A stretch of DNA of 64,000 nt, from positions 15,068,001 through 15,132,000 of the forward strand of contig OZ249436.1 of the NCBI GenBank assembly GCA_965235115.1, read 5' to 3'. The notes beneath the pieces are model-generated. The model did not search any database and was not told the origin of the DNA. It worked only from the letters and a program-made list of their open reading frames with translations. Made by a program: the position numbers and the translations under genes. This DNA comes from Laetmonice hystrix. Lineage: Eukaryota. Positions 12,401-26,672 of this stretch are shown one piece after another (position 1 is the first letter of the stretch; each line of letters begins with the position of its first letter).

Positions 12401-15400
12401 GTGCCACTGCTAGTTGCCTGGAGTAACGGTCCAGTGTCATATGTAGCATTTTAAATTTAGAGATAGGCCTACCTTTGGTCCAGTTGACACATTTTGTTTA
12501 ACAAAGATTATATTTATCTATTTGGAACATATTTACCAACAATAGAAGTCTCTCTGTGCCCATGCCTTGGATTGAATGGCATTTCGCTAATTTATCATGC
12601 TTGATCAGGGCATGTCTACCCTATAGTTCAGCTGACGAGAAAGATATGTATGTGATCTTCTATCCAATCCTTGGTGTATCCTTTGAACCTGGACTAAAAG
12701 GTTGCCAGCAAATGAACGCCCTTGCCTAGCTCTTGCTGGATGGCACGTACATCAGCCATCTTAATGTCATTACATCCTTGCGGTGCTGCACACAAGCACA
12801 GGCTGATGACATTATCCCCGCTCACTCTCCGTACCATGCGCATCATTCCAACAGTCACAGTCCGGCGTTATGCATAGTCAGCCCTCCATTCATCATGCTT
12901 ACCTTGAATATATTGCACTCTAGATGCCTGTTGCCGACGGTGGCCTCCCAGTTGGCCTGATCGGTCCTCATTATTTTTGTTGGCCGCTGCGCCCAGCTCA
13001 TCACATGCCTAGACTGCATCCCTCATCCGTATTTTGGAACAGATTCCACAGTCATTTTTCAGTGAAATGACATACAGATGAGCAGACTATTATCCATCAA
13101 GTAATCGGAACCACAAGAAGGCCTTAGAGGAGCCCTAGCGCAAGTTTTCCAAACTTTGATATAGATATCAGAATACCTACCTATAGGTTATGTTCGTATT
13201 TCTAATTTGATTGATTCATTCACTTGACGATTTTTCCTGAATGAGTTAACAACTCATGAATACGCCAGTCAACCATTTGGACCTGCACTCTTTCAAAAGA
13301 GGATTCGTCTTGGAATCAGTACAGTATGTTAGAATTAATCTAGGGCAAGTTGTTGCAGGACTATTCCCGGTTATTTTTATACCAGCCTTTCTGCATAACT
13401 AGCAGCTGTTCCCTCCAGACCAGAATGTTATTTTATTGAGAGAGGCTTGGTATGGGAACTGATTATGGTGATGATCACCACGGGGAACTGGCGACGTGTG
13501 TTTTATTGCAGCGCTGGCTGTCCAACACACGCATCTCTACGGCACAATTTCTGCGGTGACTATTGAATTAGGACACGTTTGTGCCCAAATGGACAAGGGT
13601 GTGGAGGGAAGAGGCAAGGGCATGCTGATTGTATTTACCCCCTCCTCCCATGTCACTACTAGGAGGGTACCGTATCGGCAGGGCTTGTTAACCATTAGGG
13701 TACATCGGTGAGAGCTGCAGCATTACAGATAGCATGCAACCAAAGCAGTCAAAGCGTTGCTCATAATATATGTGCTCGGGGACCCAAGAATCAGTTATCA
13801 GTTATAATATTTACAGTTCTACAATTCGTCCGTCTCAGAAGCACAAACGTCATTCTTGGGATAAAGACATTTTTATTCAGTTTCAGCATATATTATACTT
13901 TACCATGCAGCCTCTGCCAAACTTATGCAATCTTGTGTTACATCAAGGTTCAGAATGCCGGAAGGCATTTTCAAATAGGCGGGATATGGTATATCTTTGA
14001 CCTCTTCAGAGTAAACAGTTGACCTTTTGAGTATTGACGTTATCCCAAAAGGCTGATTTTATATGGCATTGGACAATTTATGGACGGGGCACGGACTATA
14101 TACTATTCTGAATGGGGTAATAAAGTATGGAGTACCAGTTCCGATATTTGATCAAACATATAAGAGGTTTGAAACGTTTATATTTTTCTGACTGGAAATT
14201 GACATGCGCACAAAAGGGTTTTCAGGCTTTGAAAATCAGAAAATGAATTTAAACAAGGTGTAATGAAAGACGAAAACGGGATATTGAAAAGTTGTTAACG
14301 AAAATAATGTGGACACTCTGATTATTCAGTGTGCAGATGATGCAAAATACAAGACGCGCAGAAAACCAAACCTAATGTAATCTATGTACGCTGTGAAAGC
14401 ACATCGCTGTTGGTAAGGTGTTTCATTTAGTATCAAGGGAACCCACTATAGGAAAACAAAGAACAGTTACCGGTATACCGGTAAGACGATCTCGTACTAA
14501 ACTAAGGTACAGGATGTACTCATACAAGTAATTCAGTTATCAAAGTTTCTTTCAAGAAAAAGTAATTATCTTCGTCCATTTCATAATCTAATTATCTAGA
14601 AATCTTTCTTAGTAATGTTAATGCAGAGTGGAAATAAAGTTTGTAATAGAGAGATACTAGTAATAGAAATAGTGATTAGAAAATGGTGTATTTCAGCATC
14701 ACAAGGACTTGATCTCAGTATACAGTAGATGTACCTCTATTTGTTGATATCGTGCAGACTTTAGGCTGTACTGTCTCCAAATACCTTTTTGAAATGCTGT
14801 GAAAAACCGCCATGCCGAATCAGAAATATTTTTTGGATATTCGAAGGACATTGGAGAAAAAAACCTCCTTTACCTGTAAAGAAGCCAGAGGCCCAGCTGT
14901 CGCCAAGCTGTCGTTTGCATCATGAGGATGCTTTGCTCCATGCTTTAACTTGGTCAGATCCTCTGAGCCTCACTCCTGTATCCATATCGGAGAATTAACT
15001 TTGATGTATGTAATACTAGTAGGGCATACTCGCATTCAATTGATCACATATAAGTTATGTGTATTTGCAGGGATTGGGATGGGGGAGAGAATGATGATAC
15101 TGTTTCTAGATTGTAAGTTCTAAGTACCGGTACATGGTATTTGATGAGCTTTGGACTGAGCTGATGTCTTCGGACGTTTGGAACCAGTGATTCGAGCTGA
15201 CTTTGCTCAAGTCATAAGGCCAGTAGAAACCCTCAGATGGTCAGTGTACTGTGTAAATGAAGGAGTCAATTTAAATGCTAAAGGACACATAAAATAAAAA
15301 AGATTAATGCTGGTAAGAAATAGCATTCAGAACAAATTCGACATTCAAAAACCTTTGATGTCATTTGATGTTGCATCTGTGCCTCTGAGCTCGTGCTATC

Positions 15401-18400
15401 TCTAGATTAACTTGTGGGGTAATTTAGCAGATAACAATGTTCATGTTTTGTAGCGTTGCCATTATATTACATGCCTGATTGTGCAACATGCGGATTAGTT
15501 TAATTAGAAACTTGCTAGCAGATACTCTATTAAATCCTGCTGTGCCTCAGCCTTAAAGGTCAATGTGTTTGGCTGAATGTACGTGGTTTGATTTTTGAGC
15601 AAGTATATGACTGAGTGAGTCGTAATATACAACTGACACCATTGAATGTGTTTCCTGCAGGCCGGGATTTTTTAACACCCCCCCCCCCCCCAAAAAAAAA
15701 ATCACTTACTCCATACCAAAAACTTACTTACTCTTTCTTTCGAGAAATACAATCCCTATGCACACACCCCGCCCGCAAAAAAGTATTGTTTTCCCCCTCA
15801 ACTTATAATCCCAGTATCCAAACAAAATCTGAACCTGACGTCACATGCATTCAACGCTGTCGAGTGAGTATGACCTGCGCTGCCAGGTATAGCGCCCCAC
15901 CCGTTATTAATATGAATAGGCGTATTAGTTTGGTGTGAATACATGTACAGCCGTTGTGACCAGGTTTTGTTATTATCTTTACCCCGAAACTCGAAAGTGA
16001 CCTGGAATTGTCAGTGACGGATTAAATGTGGCTAATGGCGGGTGACCACCCATTCAGATGTGTTGAGACGCTTGAAACAAAAGTTAGGGCCTTTTTAATG
16101 ATCGTATATCGATTATTATAAAGTTACCAGTCACTTTACTTGGTCGATTTCAATTTCTGCGATAAGTTATGCACTATATATAATGGCCATATGATGCCTA
16201 AAATGTGCATATATTATTTCTGTATACACTGGCTAAAGATCGATAGCTTCAGCATTGTATTTCATTTTGAAATAATTTCTCCGCCCTCTGATATGCATGA
16301 ATTTGATTTAAAATAGATTGTATGGCAATGGATATACCGGGTGGGCATAACAAAAACTTATTGAACTGTGACATTATATATTTCCAAACCCCTATGACGC
16401 AAGCTTATTAAAATTGTGTCTCAAAAATTGCTGTTCGAGACTTCAGTGTAATAACCTGGTTTTACTTGAACAGGGGGTCTTCTAATTTTGGTCTAATGTC
16501 AGGACTATTTGAGATATCGACTTGAAAATTTCACCAGATGTTAACAATATCAAGGTGTTTACTCCTGTAACCTCCCAGAAGCTTGTCACGTAGGGTTTTT
16601 GAAATAATATTGATTTCTGTTTTTGTGTATTAGATGTGTATTTGTATGTGTGTATTCAAATATACATTATGTAATTACGGGTGATGGTTTCCTGTGACAT
16701 CTGTTTTCCTAACCTTAATTAGCTACCGATGGTGGCTTGATAGATCTGTCATAATTAAACCACATGATTATAACAAATATTGTAGGTACCAGGTCCATTG
16801 CTTAGAAGCTTAAAGTGGCACCCCAAATTCCTCAAAATACTTAGCCTTGTACCCCAGTGCCACCATGTTAAAATTTCAGGTTCGAGCGATAAGCGAAAGT
16901 ATTTTTAAAATCTAGTTATGTTAGGACTTTGAGTTATTGTTCGGTCGGACCGCTATTTTCTGACATTTAAATATGACATGTACGACAACAAATAATATCA
17001 CTCCACCGAAACGCATAGTGTGACAGGCATGTCTGTCAGATCTATGTTCTATATGATGTTGCTTATGATATTTATTTAAAGATGAATTTTGTGAACACAC
17101 ACATATATATTTGCGTGCCCGTCTGTGTTACAGAGAGTGCATTCTCACCTCCATGCCAAGATCTTCCGCCAGGAGTTGGTGCCCGACACGGCGCCATTGG
17201 ACGAGCCTCAGGGCCGGCTTGGGGACAGCGAGCGCTGGATGTCTTGGGAACCTAAGGCCCCCGCCTCCATCCCCGACAACATGGGCGACTCCTCGGAAGA
17301 TGACGAGGACGACGAGGATGAGGATGAAGATGATTCCGAGGATGAGTCTCTAGAGGAGGGTGGTAAAACCAGTGACTTGAAGGAGAAGGAAGACGACAAT
17401 GAGAGTGAGGAAGACAGTCAAGGTAAGTGATAAGATGATATGGACAGATAATCCCAAAGCCGTTTGAGAAGAAAATGACATCCAACTTTGTTCAGAAAAG
17501 GCAAAATTCAGATTCATATTGGAAGAGTTTGGAAAAAAACACATGGAGGGTTTTTTTTATCCATTTTTCTTCTCAAACATCATTGAAAAATACATTTATG
17601 ATCTTTTTTTCAGGTTTTAGATTTAAGTGGTAATCAGGAAGATTGGATATATAACTACTGAATAAAAATGATCATGCTGGAGTGTCGAGCCATGATACTG
17701 GCCAGCATGAACCATGGTTGAAGTCAGACCCTAGATATTCGAACTCTAATAATAGACTGGCCCGTATATTCTGTGTAAGTCAACGGATTACTATGGCCAG
17801 AATAACCTTATGAGTTTCTCAATAATGCTGACTAATTTACTAATGATGTACATGATGTGACAACGCGTTATGTTAATTCGTAATGAAGATAGGTGGTCAA
17901 ACGTTTCAGGTGGATTTAATGTAGCATGGCTAAAAGACCAAAGTTTGGCTATGGTCGACTGAAGGCTTGCAGTCTGAAGCACCTTGCATGACGATCGTCT
18001 CCTAGGATTCCCAAGTGCATGCATTTCCCGACATAAAATATGGGTTTTCGAATGCACACATATATTATTAATGCGCTGCATTGGTTAATTTGGTTGCTGC
18101 TTGAGAATTAATTTCAGCCGGATTAAAGAAAATGAACCTAAAAACACACACAAATTCAGTAATTCCTTCTTTAAGTATTCAATTCGCGTGTCAAGCGATC
18201 AGGAGATGTGCTTTCTATTACATAGTTTTAAGTCCTAAAGTTTGTTTCAGGAACTGTGATTTTAACACCGTCTTAAAGCCTTCTGAATTCCTCTTTTCTG
18301 AAGACTTTAATTTGTTTAAATAAGATCGAATACTTGAGTTATGCACTGCTGCAAGTGTCTAAGAATTCAAGAAACTTTTACCACTTTCTCACAAAAACAA

Positions 18401-21400
18401 AGGACTGGTTGAATCTGAATTACACTCCTAATGATAACATAGCATGCATAAGCGGCAACATTCGTGGCCTCATTATCGTTGTTTTTCTCCCTTTTTTTAG
18501 AGGAAAAGCAATGCGAACTTAATTGATACTCATGATAGCATTCACGTCTTTCCTAATTGGCTGGAATTCAGCCAGATGATTCCTGAAGTACCAGTACCAG
18601 TTTATCTAGTATTTCTTCTCAGTCACAGTACCAGCCTCATAATATTATATAGCAACATATCCGATTGTACATGAAAGAAGTATTGTATGATAGTTCCAGC
18701 ACCTCAAGTCGGTATTTTATAAATACGGTAATGTACAAATGACGTCTGAGGCACAGTAATTATATTTTTAAGATCTGTTCCTCCTTGAAGCAATATATAA
18801 ACTAAATGTTCCTGTGCCCTGAAATGTGAAATTGTTTGATAGAGCGTGCGATTGGTTAATACAGACATAACATTGAAATGGAAGGAGGCGACAACTGATG
18901 TGATTAATGGACATATCAACATTTAAATACATTTCACAACTTCCATCATTAAAATTCTCCCTTCTCTTTTTATCTCTATTGTCTTGTATTTCGAATATGG
19001 TGCTTTTAAATGGTATGCACATGGATCAGTCATTTACTTGGGTGCTTTTTTGAAACAACAGATTAAAAGAATAGTTATATTTGTTTGAAAATTCGATACT
19101 AGTAGTCCACGACTTAGTGTGAAGGTTGTATGAATATTGGAGTACCGTTGCCTGTCCTAAAGAAATTACGGGCCTGTATGGTATTAAGGACAATTCATTC
19201 TTGAACACGGTAATCACGGAAAACGTTGCCAGAATGGGAGTTACATGAGTAGCTGTTTCGATTTAAGGCGCCAGAGCTGGGGCTGGAAGTCTGATGACAC
19301 ATGCTACTACCGGGAAAGCAGTTCAGTTTCAGTGTAGCGCAAGAGATATGTTGGTAATATTATTAATAGTAATTCTATACTATCAAATCAGTAGCGATGG
19401 CCCGGGGACAAATTCCCAGAAGAATGATATAAGTATTATGTGGGGGTTCGTACTATTGTCGCAATATGAAAGTAATAAGAGATACCGAGTGAAAAATGTT
19501 TGTTTTAAATGGAAAAGTTCTTCTGGGGCCAGATGTAATTTGATAGCGTAAAACTGATCTATTTTTGGTTGATCAGTCGTGAGGATTACCTAGCTGTTCC
19601 ATGTGTGTCATATCAGCCTTGAAAGTTTTCGACAGTGTCATGCTCATGTTATTCATTTTTCTTTTATTTTTATTCCATTTTTTCCATGTTTGCCTTAAAA
19701 AAATACATAACCCCCTCTCTCTTTTTTGTACAAGCATGATTGGACTGATGGCTTGTAACGTTACCGGTTATATAGGTCTGCGTGTGTATATACGTGTATG
19801 TAACGGTATATACCAGTGCTTACCACGCCCGTGTCTGGGTCTCTAGTAGATGTGTATGTGCTTGGCTGGCGCGTCACGGCTTCAACTGATCCCCCTGGAG
19901 TGGCCTTGTGTATGCTCCCCCCATTAACCACGTGTTTTAACAGGCAGCTCTTCGTCCCCTTGTCTCTTCCCTATAGAGCTGCCTTTCCCTACGCAGTCAC
20001 AGGGAGACCAACAAGGGGACCTGCTCACTGAACAGGAGGAGGAGGAGCAGGAGGAGGAGGAGGAGGAGGAGGGGAAGGAGGAGGAGGGTTCGGAAGGTTC
20101 GGACCAGAAAAGTTCAACCAGTTTGGTAGAGCAAACGAACGATCCGGAACAGCCGGATCGTCTAGCAACTCCTGCCAGAATGGAGAGGGAAGGAAAGCCC
20201 ACCACTCCTGCTAATCCACCGGTCCTCCTCGTTTCTGAAGGTTTTGAAATTCCAATCAAAGCAAGTTCCAAGTCAGACTCTTTTAAAGAGAAAGGTAGGC
20301 AAATTTGAGCTTTGAGCGTGGATTTGGGTGTGAGGAAATGCAGTCAGATTTTTTGCAATGCAGTCAGTAACGAAAAAAAAACGTTCGGTTGTAGAGACTG
20401 AAAAATAAAGTTCTAAAATATTTTAACATTAAAAGATAACCGGCATGTATTTGCTTGTGGTGTAGATTATATTCCTGTTCCCTGTATCGTTGTAAGTTTG
20501 TTGTGAAGACGTAGGCCATCAGAATTCATAGTCATCAAAAGACGTAGGCCGGTAGTGGGCATTCTTCAATGTCGCGGACAATGAATTGATACAGATATTA
20601 TCGGGTGACAGGGGCTTTGTCTGCCGTACTTTTGTCCCCACTCTAACTGAATAGTAGTGACTTTCGAAACTGAAATTGTCCCACGAGATCAATATATGCG
20701 CCTATTCGACGCATAGACGTAAGATTGGTCTAAAAGCACCTTGAAGTTGTCCCTGGCCGTATGCCATGCCGTAATGTCCCAATAATTATGTTATATTTTA
20801 CGCTGGCTTTGAACCGGGGCTGGATCACGATTTTCCAGGACGGGGTAGGGCGTTTTTGAGAACTTGTTTGGTGTGATGGGGGCTTAAGGGAGATTGTACC
20901 TGTACAGTAACTGTTGACGTAGACGTCTTGAATTTGTGCACAGAATAATCTGTGACCTTCGCGTTTTTTATCGGTAACCAGTAACCAACAAAGAAACGCT
21001 TACGATGAAGGAACTTTGTTCAGGACAAAACATAGAACCACAAAGAATTAGCATAATGTGATAATGTGAAGAAAAACAGGAACCATGCAGAGATTCTCAG
21101 ATCTGTTTTTCTCAGACACCAACAAATTACAAGTTCTGTTCAGGTAAAGAACATAGACCTCTATGCAGTTTTTAGACTTCCGTATGTAGAAGAGGCGACG
21201 CTGTAAAGCCTCTAATGGGTATTTCTTACGAAACTTCTTATGAATGTGTTTTGTAAGTCAAAGATGCATAAATATAAGCCTATATGGTGTAAAGGAAAGG
21301 CTTGCGTAGACCTACTTGAGAGTCGTAGCGAAATCTTACCAATAGAAACAGTAACTGACATGCCATTGCAGAATTCTTCGGAAATAAATGAAGCTTATAA

Positions 21401-24400
21401 TGGATTACCGTTCGCAACTGTGCGGCACAAAATCATATTCGTAAATCAAATATTCTTTTAAAGTCAGTGCTTCCTAAAGTAGGATAGAATGATGGCCTTC
21501 ATGGCAAACCAAACGGTCGGATTACTTTGCCGTGGAATGGTTTTTTCAGAGGGCCGGGATGTAGAATGTGGAAGAGACATTTTCAAGCATAAATTCGACT
21601 GTTGGCTTTGGTGCCAATGTAATCTCTTTACCAGCCAGCACCCCCCCCCCCAGAGCATTTACTACTCCGTAATATTGTAGATGATTATGACGTGCTGTTT
21701 CGCTATAAAACTCTGTGTTTCGATATGGTAGATCCTAATCTTTATTCGATCTTTTAACCAGTACGTAAGTCCAGGAAATTGTCTCGCATCTTTCGACGTT
21801 ACAAATTACACTTTATATAGAAAGGTGCATGTTCATGTTCTTCATTATCTACTAAAATATTATACTAGACCACTAAAACACAAGGTGTGATTGTGGCCGT
21901 TTTGGTTAAGTTGAGTGGAAAGGCGCTGTGGCGTTTCCTTTTCCTAGACTGCGCTAATAGACAACTAGGTGAAGACGAGTGCTTCCCCTGTGAGGATATT
22001 AAGGCATTCAAGGAAAACAGGGCCGTCACAGTGAACCGCACAGTCGTCCGTTTTACGGAGACAGTGTCAAAGGAAGAGCCTCCACAGGAACTCGGTACTG
22101 AGACGTATTCTGAAGTAACCGAGAGCCATAAATGTAGGCCTACTTCATATTTCCACCAGTCATCATTGTCAGCGCCGTTTGCCAGATTCATTCCAGATTC
22201 ATTCATCCATGGCTCCCTACGCTTGAGACTAAAGTTGCTTGTTATGCGGGCAATTTATGCCTTGCAAGCTTATATTTATTTGGTTGTTTATCAAGCATTC
22301 TTCATCAAATAGTACTAAAAATGTATGGTTTTATATTTTAAATTACTATTTTCGATTTATAAAGTTACTTTGGTGTTTCATGACACCGAATACTCCGAAT
22401 TCGTGAAATGCATCAGTTCAGTCTACGAAATGTTGAAATTCGCTGAAAATCTAATATTATGCTGATAAAGACCTGGTTTTAATATCCGCCCTGAAGTTCG
22501 TTAAAAAGCACCAGTTTCCCTACATAGTTATTTTTAGATTTTAAGGTTATAGTTCCCTTTGATTGCATTGATTATAGCTTTGGTCACAGTTGCCATTTGA
22601 TGAGTTGGTCACACCACGGCAGGTTTCAGTGCATAATGGAGCAAAGAAATCGGTGGATCAGCAGGGAGAAGTCCTGTGGTCAAAGGCGGGGGTATAAAAC
22701 ACAAGAGAAATCATTTGCTCGTAGAGATCGTTCGTTCGAGCAGAAAATCTACAACGGTATTGAGCCTTAATAAAAAAACATTCGATCAAATAAATAATTA
22801 ATTAAATAACCTGAATAAATATTTCGAGTAAATAAACTCAGGTCTTTGACACTGAATTATACCTACGGCAGAAATGGAGGGCTGGCGCATCTTTTACCAT
22901 TACATCTGTGTTTTGGCAATGTGACGTTATCATGGTAATGTCCCCAGTTTGAGGAAAAAGCTTACAACGCTAAGAATCGGCCAGTGGCCTAGATTTAGTA
23001 GGAATTTGTAGAACTCGAGGAATGGTGGGTAGGCCTCGGCCAAGAGTCCCACCATTACATCACAGAACAAATTTTGCCGCGTACCACCGTCAGGCTGTGT
23101 TGTATTCTACTACCCATCCTGCTCCTCGGTCAACATTTCCTGCACAAACAAGTTGCCATGACTCCAGATGCCGGTATTATTGATTAGTGGCTGCCATTTT
23201 GGTCTGCAGCAACGTTTTGATCAGTTTAGGGCAATTGCTGCAGACAGCAGCAGAGGAGGACTACGAGTAACAGCGTCTAATTGGGCAAAATCTCCCTTGT
23301 GTCAGAATAATCGATACCGTGGTAAAGTGTCGAGGATAACACAGGGGAAAGGTCTGCGTGTAAGAGACTGGCCTGTAAAGTCTGCGGGGTACGCCGTATA
23401 CCTCCCCTAATCAGGTCTATTTGCTATTAAAGAGATACGTATTTCGAGATAAATCTCATGGGAAATGAAATATGTACTTTCTCCACCGCACATATTTGGC
23501 CCCGCCAATAACAAATGATACATGTATGCATTTTGAGTGTTTGCCTTGTTGACTGCGTGGTGGCCTGTGTATAATAGGAAAAAGGACATAATACCCTTAC
23601 TACAACGATGAGCATGCTACCAGCATCTGAATGATCTGGAACGACCTCTGAAACTATAAGCTGGGATTTAGAGGGATTCACGCTTGCAGTTCCTCAGACG
23701 TGTGTCCACTTGTTGAAGCCTTTTCTAAATTACCCTTTAAACCTAGACCCTCGAGACGTACCAGCATCATGGAAATTTAACTTGTACCATATAAATTTAT
23801 GGAAGCATAAAGGTCATGCAGTATGGTATTGCAGACCAACAGATAATTTCGAAATGTTGTCTATCAGAAATACGTGAAGTTACTTTCTATGAACATAACT
23901 TCAGCTGTTAGTTTATGTTCGTGTTGTAATACATCATCCTGTCAACCTGTTGATTCCTGGCGACCCTCTAGACTATGCACCAAATTAGATTTTTTCCTTG
24001 TTTGGTTCCTCTCTTCATCAACATTCAGCCCAAGCTCCCGGTAGACTGCAGACTTTGGTGAAAAGGGCAAGAAAAATGGTGCCCAAGTCGATATCATTGA
24101 ACTGGCTGACTGTAACTGCAACTGAAGGCATCAATATAGTTTTTCTTCCAGGCCAGCGGAAGAATCCTATCGGTGAATTGCGTCATTATTATTTTTTCAC
24201 CAGCTCATAAATATTATGTTAAATATTATAGGCTAGTAAGAATGGTAGTAATAGAAAAGGCGTGTCGTTGAACGTCTGTTAACCGTCTGAGGTAAACGTA
24301 AGGGAGGAAGCATTCGGTAGAAACCCCCTGTGACATTTTGTCTCGCCTTCCACGGAATGTCTCCCAACTAAATATTGTTGAATGCATGAATCAGCGATTA

Positions 24401-26622
24401 CGTATAGAGCAATGATAGAGGTATTATGTATGGGTCATGAATATAACTAGAAGGCCCTAGAGTGGGCATCGGTTGAGGGACCGTGTGGGCAGTTGTGTCT
24501 TTGTCATTCTGACGTAAACCTGGATAAATTAGCAGTGATGGCTAGGCGTGCCTGTACACCACCAAACCACGGTATCCGGGGAGGGTATGACATCGTGGTA
24601 TTGGTCTGAACATCTGGAAGCTGTTTGTTGAGTGCTTTCTAAAGAGCAAACAGCAAGGAATGCACGTCATAACAGGTGTACAGATACGTGAACAGTCTGT
24701 CTCCTGAGGTTGGCATTACATGGCTGAAAGATTCGTAATGCAGTAACACAGGTGCGGTTATTGATAGAATTCCCACTTCGTCGTGAACTGGTCACGAAGG
24801 ACATGAAAAGTTGAATATACATAAATGATAGGCGTTATCTAAATTCTCCGAAATTGTAGGTGAAGCAAAAATTAAATTATATATAAGATATCTATTATTC
24901 AGTGCTTGTCGCTCCATTCACAGTTTAGAATATATACCAAATCATGGCTAAGATTATTGTCAGTTATATATATGACGTCGCTGGATATCCTACTATTAGA
25001 TTAGGGACAGTAAAAGGCATCAGAGTTTAATCTTCTCTTCGTGACATTTGTGGTTGAAAAACCAGACACTCCTGGCTAGCTGAAGGCAGAATGAGATTAA
25101 ATTTAAAACGTAGAAAGTGCATTGGAAAAGAAATTTGAAGAGCCTGAAAACGTTTTGGATGACGTTCTCGTGTAGCACCGGAATGAGTGATTGGGTCGGG
25201 TTTAGTGCCCATTCCAGAGGACCAGCAGTAAGCTCCTAGCCACCAGTTTGCAGGCTTTGGTTTGGTCTGAAGCCCTGGGTTTAGTGCGCTGGTTATGAGT
25301 CAGGCTGAGGTGCCGTGGTGACTCATACTGAGTGTGTAAAGGTTGGATATGTTGGTATTCCATTATTTTACACCAATGGCTCTGGCCCATCCTGCCATAT
25401 TTATGGTAGACACTACTGGCAGCTGGTAACCAAGGTTGTGTTTCGACTGATATGTTTTTGAGTTTTGTTTTGTTTGGTATATAGTTTATTTCAAGGAACA
25501 TTACAGGTCCTATATTATACGAGACCTATCATTACACTAACGAAGATTGATAGTTCCTGGATGGCCGTGACATTGGGATTTCAAAAATGAGACCTTTTCA
25601 TCACCTTGCAGTCTGGGGCATGAACTATTTAGCAGCTTAAAAGACGTGGGTCAGAGAGGCTGAGCAGTTAGATGCATGAGTCATAGTCGGGGTGAACGAC
25701 GTTGGCCTTTCAGGTATGTTGAATGGTGTGTCGCCCTCTAGACTTGATCTGAGGGTAATTGCAAAACCAACTCCACTGCTAACAAACATCGTGGCCTTCT
25801 TAAAAAAACCTCAGCGGCTTAGGTATGGAGTGTATAGAAAATGTCTGGAGGGTAGACTGTGTAACACTAACAGTATTGTTGTTCTGTATTTTGTTTGTGT
25901 AAACTATACCATGCCATCTCTTTATTCCACATTATCTTCTTTGTTTTTGATCGTAGTCGATGCTCAATTGCACATTACAGTTGTTTGCAGTTCCAGAAGT
26001 ACTATACAAAAATACAAGGTTAACATTACCGAGTACCATCTCAATTTTGGCCTAGCATTAGGCTCATTCGTTTTTTAACTTTATTTTAACGAGCGACAGG
26101 TAACGGAAAGCCATGAAGCTGACTGCTGGTGAAGAATTTGGGAACCTTGCAGAGCCATTAGCCAGCTGTGAGAGGACAGAGTGTGTAATGTGAGCATATC
26201 GCACCTGGTTCAGTAACGTACTGTGTAGGACCTATCTGTGGCCATTAGTTTCACCACATCTATCAGTGGTATGCAGATCGCAGCTCTGCTTCCACCCAAT
26301 CCACCTTTTTCTGATTGGAAGCTTTGATAACGCAGCCCGGTGTGAACAAAACCAGGCCTTAGGTGTGAGCTGTGTCCGGAAGACAAGGCCCCATGGCGCA
26401 GGGATCGGCACGTGAAGACGGGTTGAACAACCTCAAACCAAGTGTTTACATCATCCGCCAGAGTAGGCCTACTTGGACAGGGGGAGTGCCTCTCTAGAGA
26501 AGAAAAAAAGACCGGGCAAACAGTTTGCTCTACCCTTTCTCTTTCTCTCTGTCTCTCTCCCTCTCTGTCTCTGTCTGTCTGTTTGTCTCTCTCCCTCTCC
26601 CTGTCCCTCTATCTCCCTCTCT

Positions 26623-26672
<50 letters not shown>

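Noticed and set aside
16333..16910. Transposon-like ends (TA|CCGGGTGGGC at ~16335; TTAA|AGTGGCACC at ~16810)
   Set aside because: No matching opposite TIR found, so boundaries cannot be supported; probably fragments.
19997..20031. Alternative acceptors for exon 3 (acgcag| at 19997, tcacag| at 20003)
   Set aside because: After the phase-1 donor of exon 2, 19997 hits a stop at 20029 and 20003 is out of frame with the Glu-rich reading; only 19977 fits.
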